A stretch of 55,137 bases of DNA from Planctomycetota bacterium (GTDB lineage Bacteria; Planctomycetota; UBA11346): positions 1 through 55,137 of the forward strand of contig JBBQSO010000030.1 of NCBI GenBank assembly GCA_038213805.1, read 5' to 3'. Each line of letters begins with the position of its first letter. The first letter of the stretch is position 1. A model generated the notes under the pieces. That model saw nothing but the letters and a program-made list of their open reading frames with translations, searched no databases and was not told the DNA's origin. Positions 55,119-55,137 of this stretch are shown here, one piece after another. The translations under genes and the position numbers were made by a program.

Positions 55119-55137
55119 GTTACGTGCAGAACGCACA

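Overview
GC-rich bacterial chromosomal window, most likely from a Planctomycetota lineage: it has a DUF1549/DUF1553 cytochrome-c + DUF1501 pair, a BatA/VWA pair, an orphan prepilin-like gene and intergenic heptamer repeats. Most of it is housekeeping and envelope genes: tRNA-Pro(GGG), an RND pump with its MFP, metF, an M61 peptidase, addBA, accBC, a CDF transporter, rny, menF, menD, glgA, purF, serS, a GH5-like hydrolase, tRNA-Leu(CAA) and an SGNH hydrolase. I saw no integrase, transposase or CRISPR array. The main finding is an uninterrupted ~1637-aa ORF (5349-10262). It joins a canonical SMC kleisin ScpA, through a ~750-aa acidic Ala/Pro-rich disordered linker, to one transmembrane helix and alpha-2-macroglobulin-like Ig/MG domains, so it may be a membrane-tethered condensin subunit. 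Other findings: a MenA1/MenT1-like nucleotidyltransferase toxin-antitoxin pair between accC and addB, an AddB that has lost all four Fe-S cysteines, a long structured leader (possibly 6S-like) before rny, a MITE-like and a REPIN-like element, and several 7/8-mer tandem repeats. All family calls come from motifs recognised by eye; no database searches were run.
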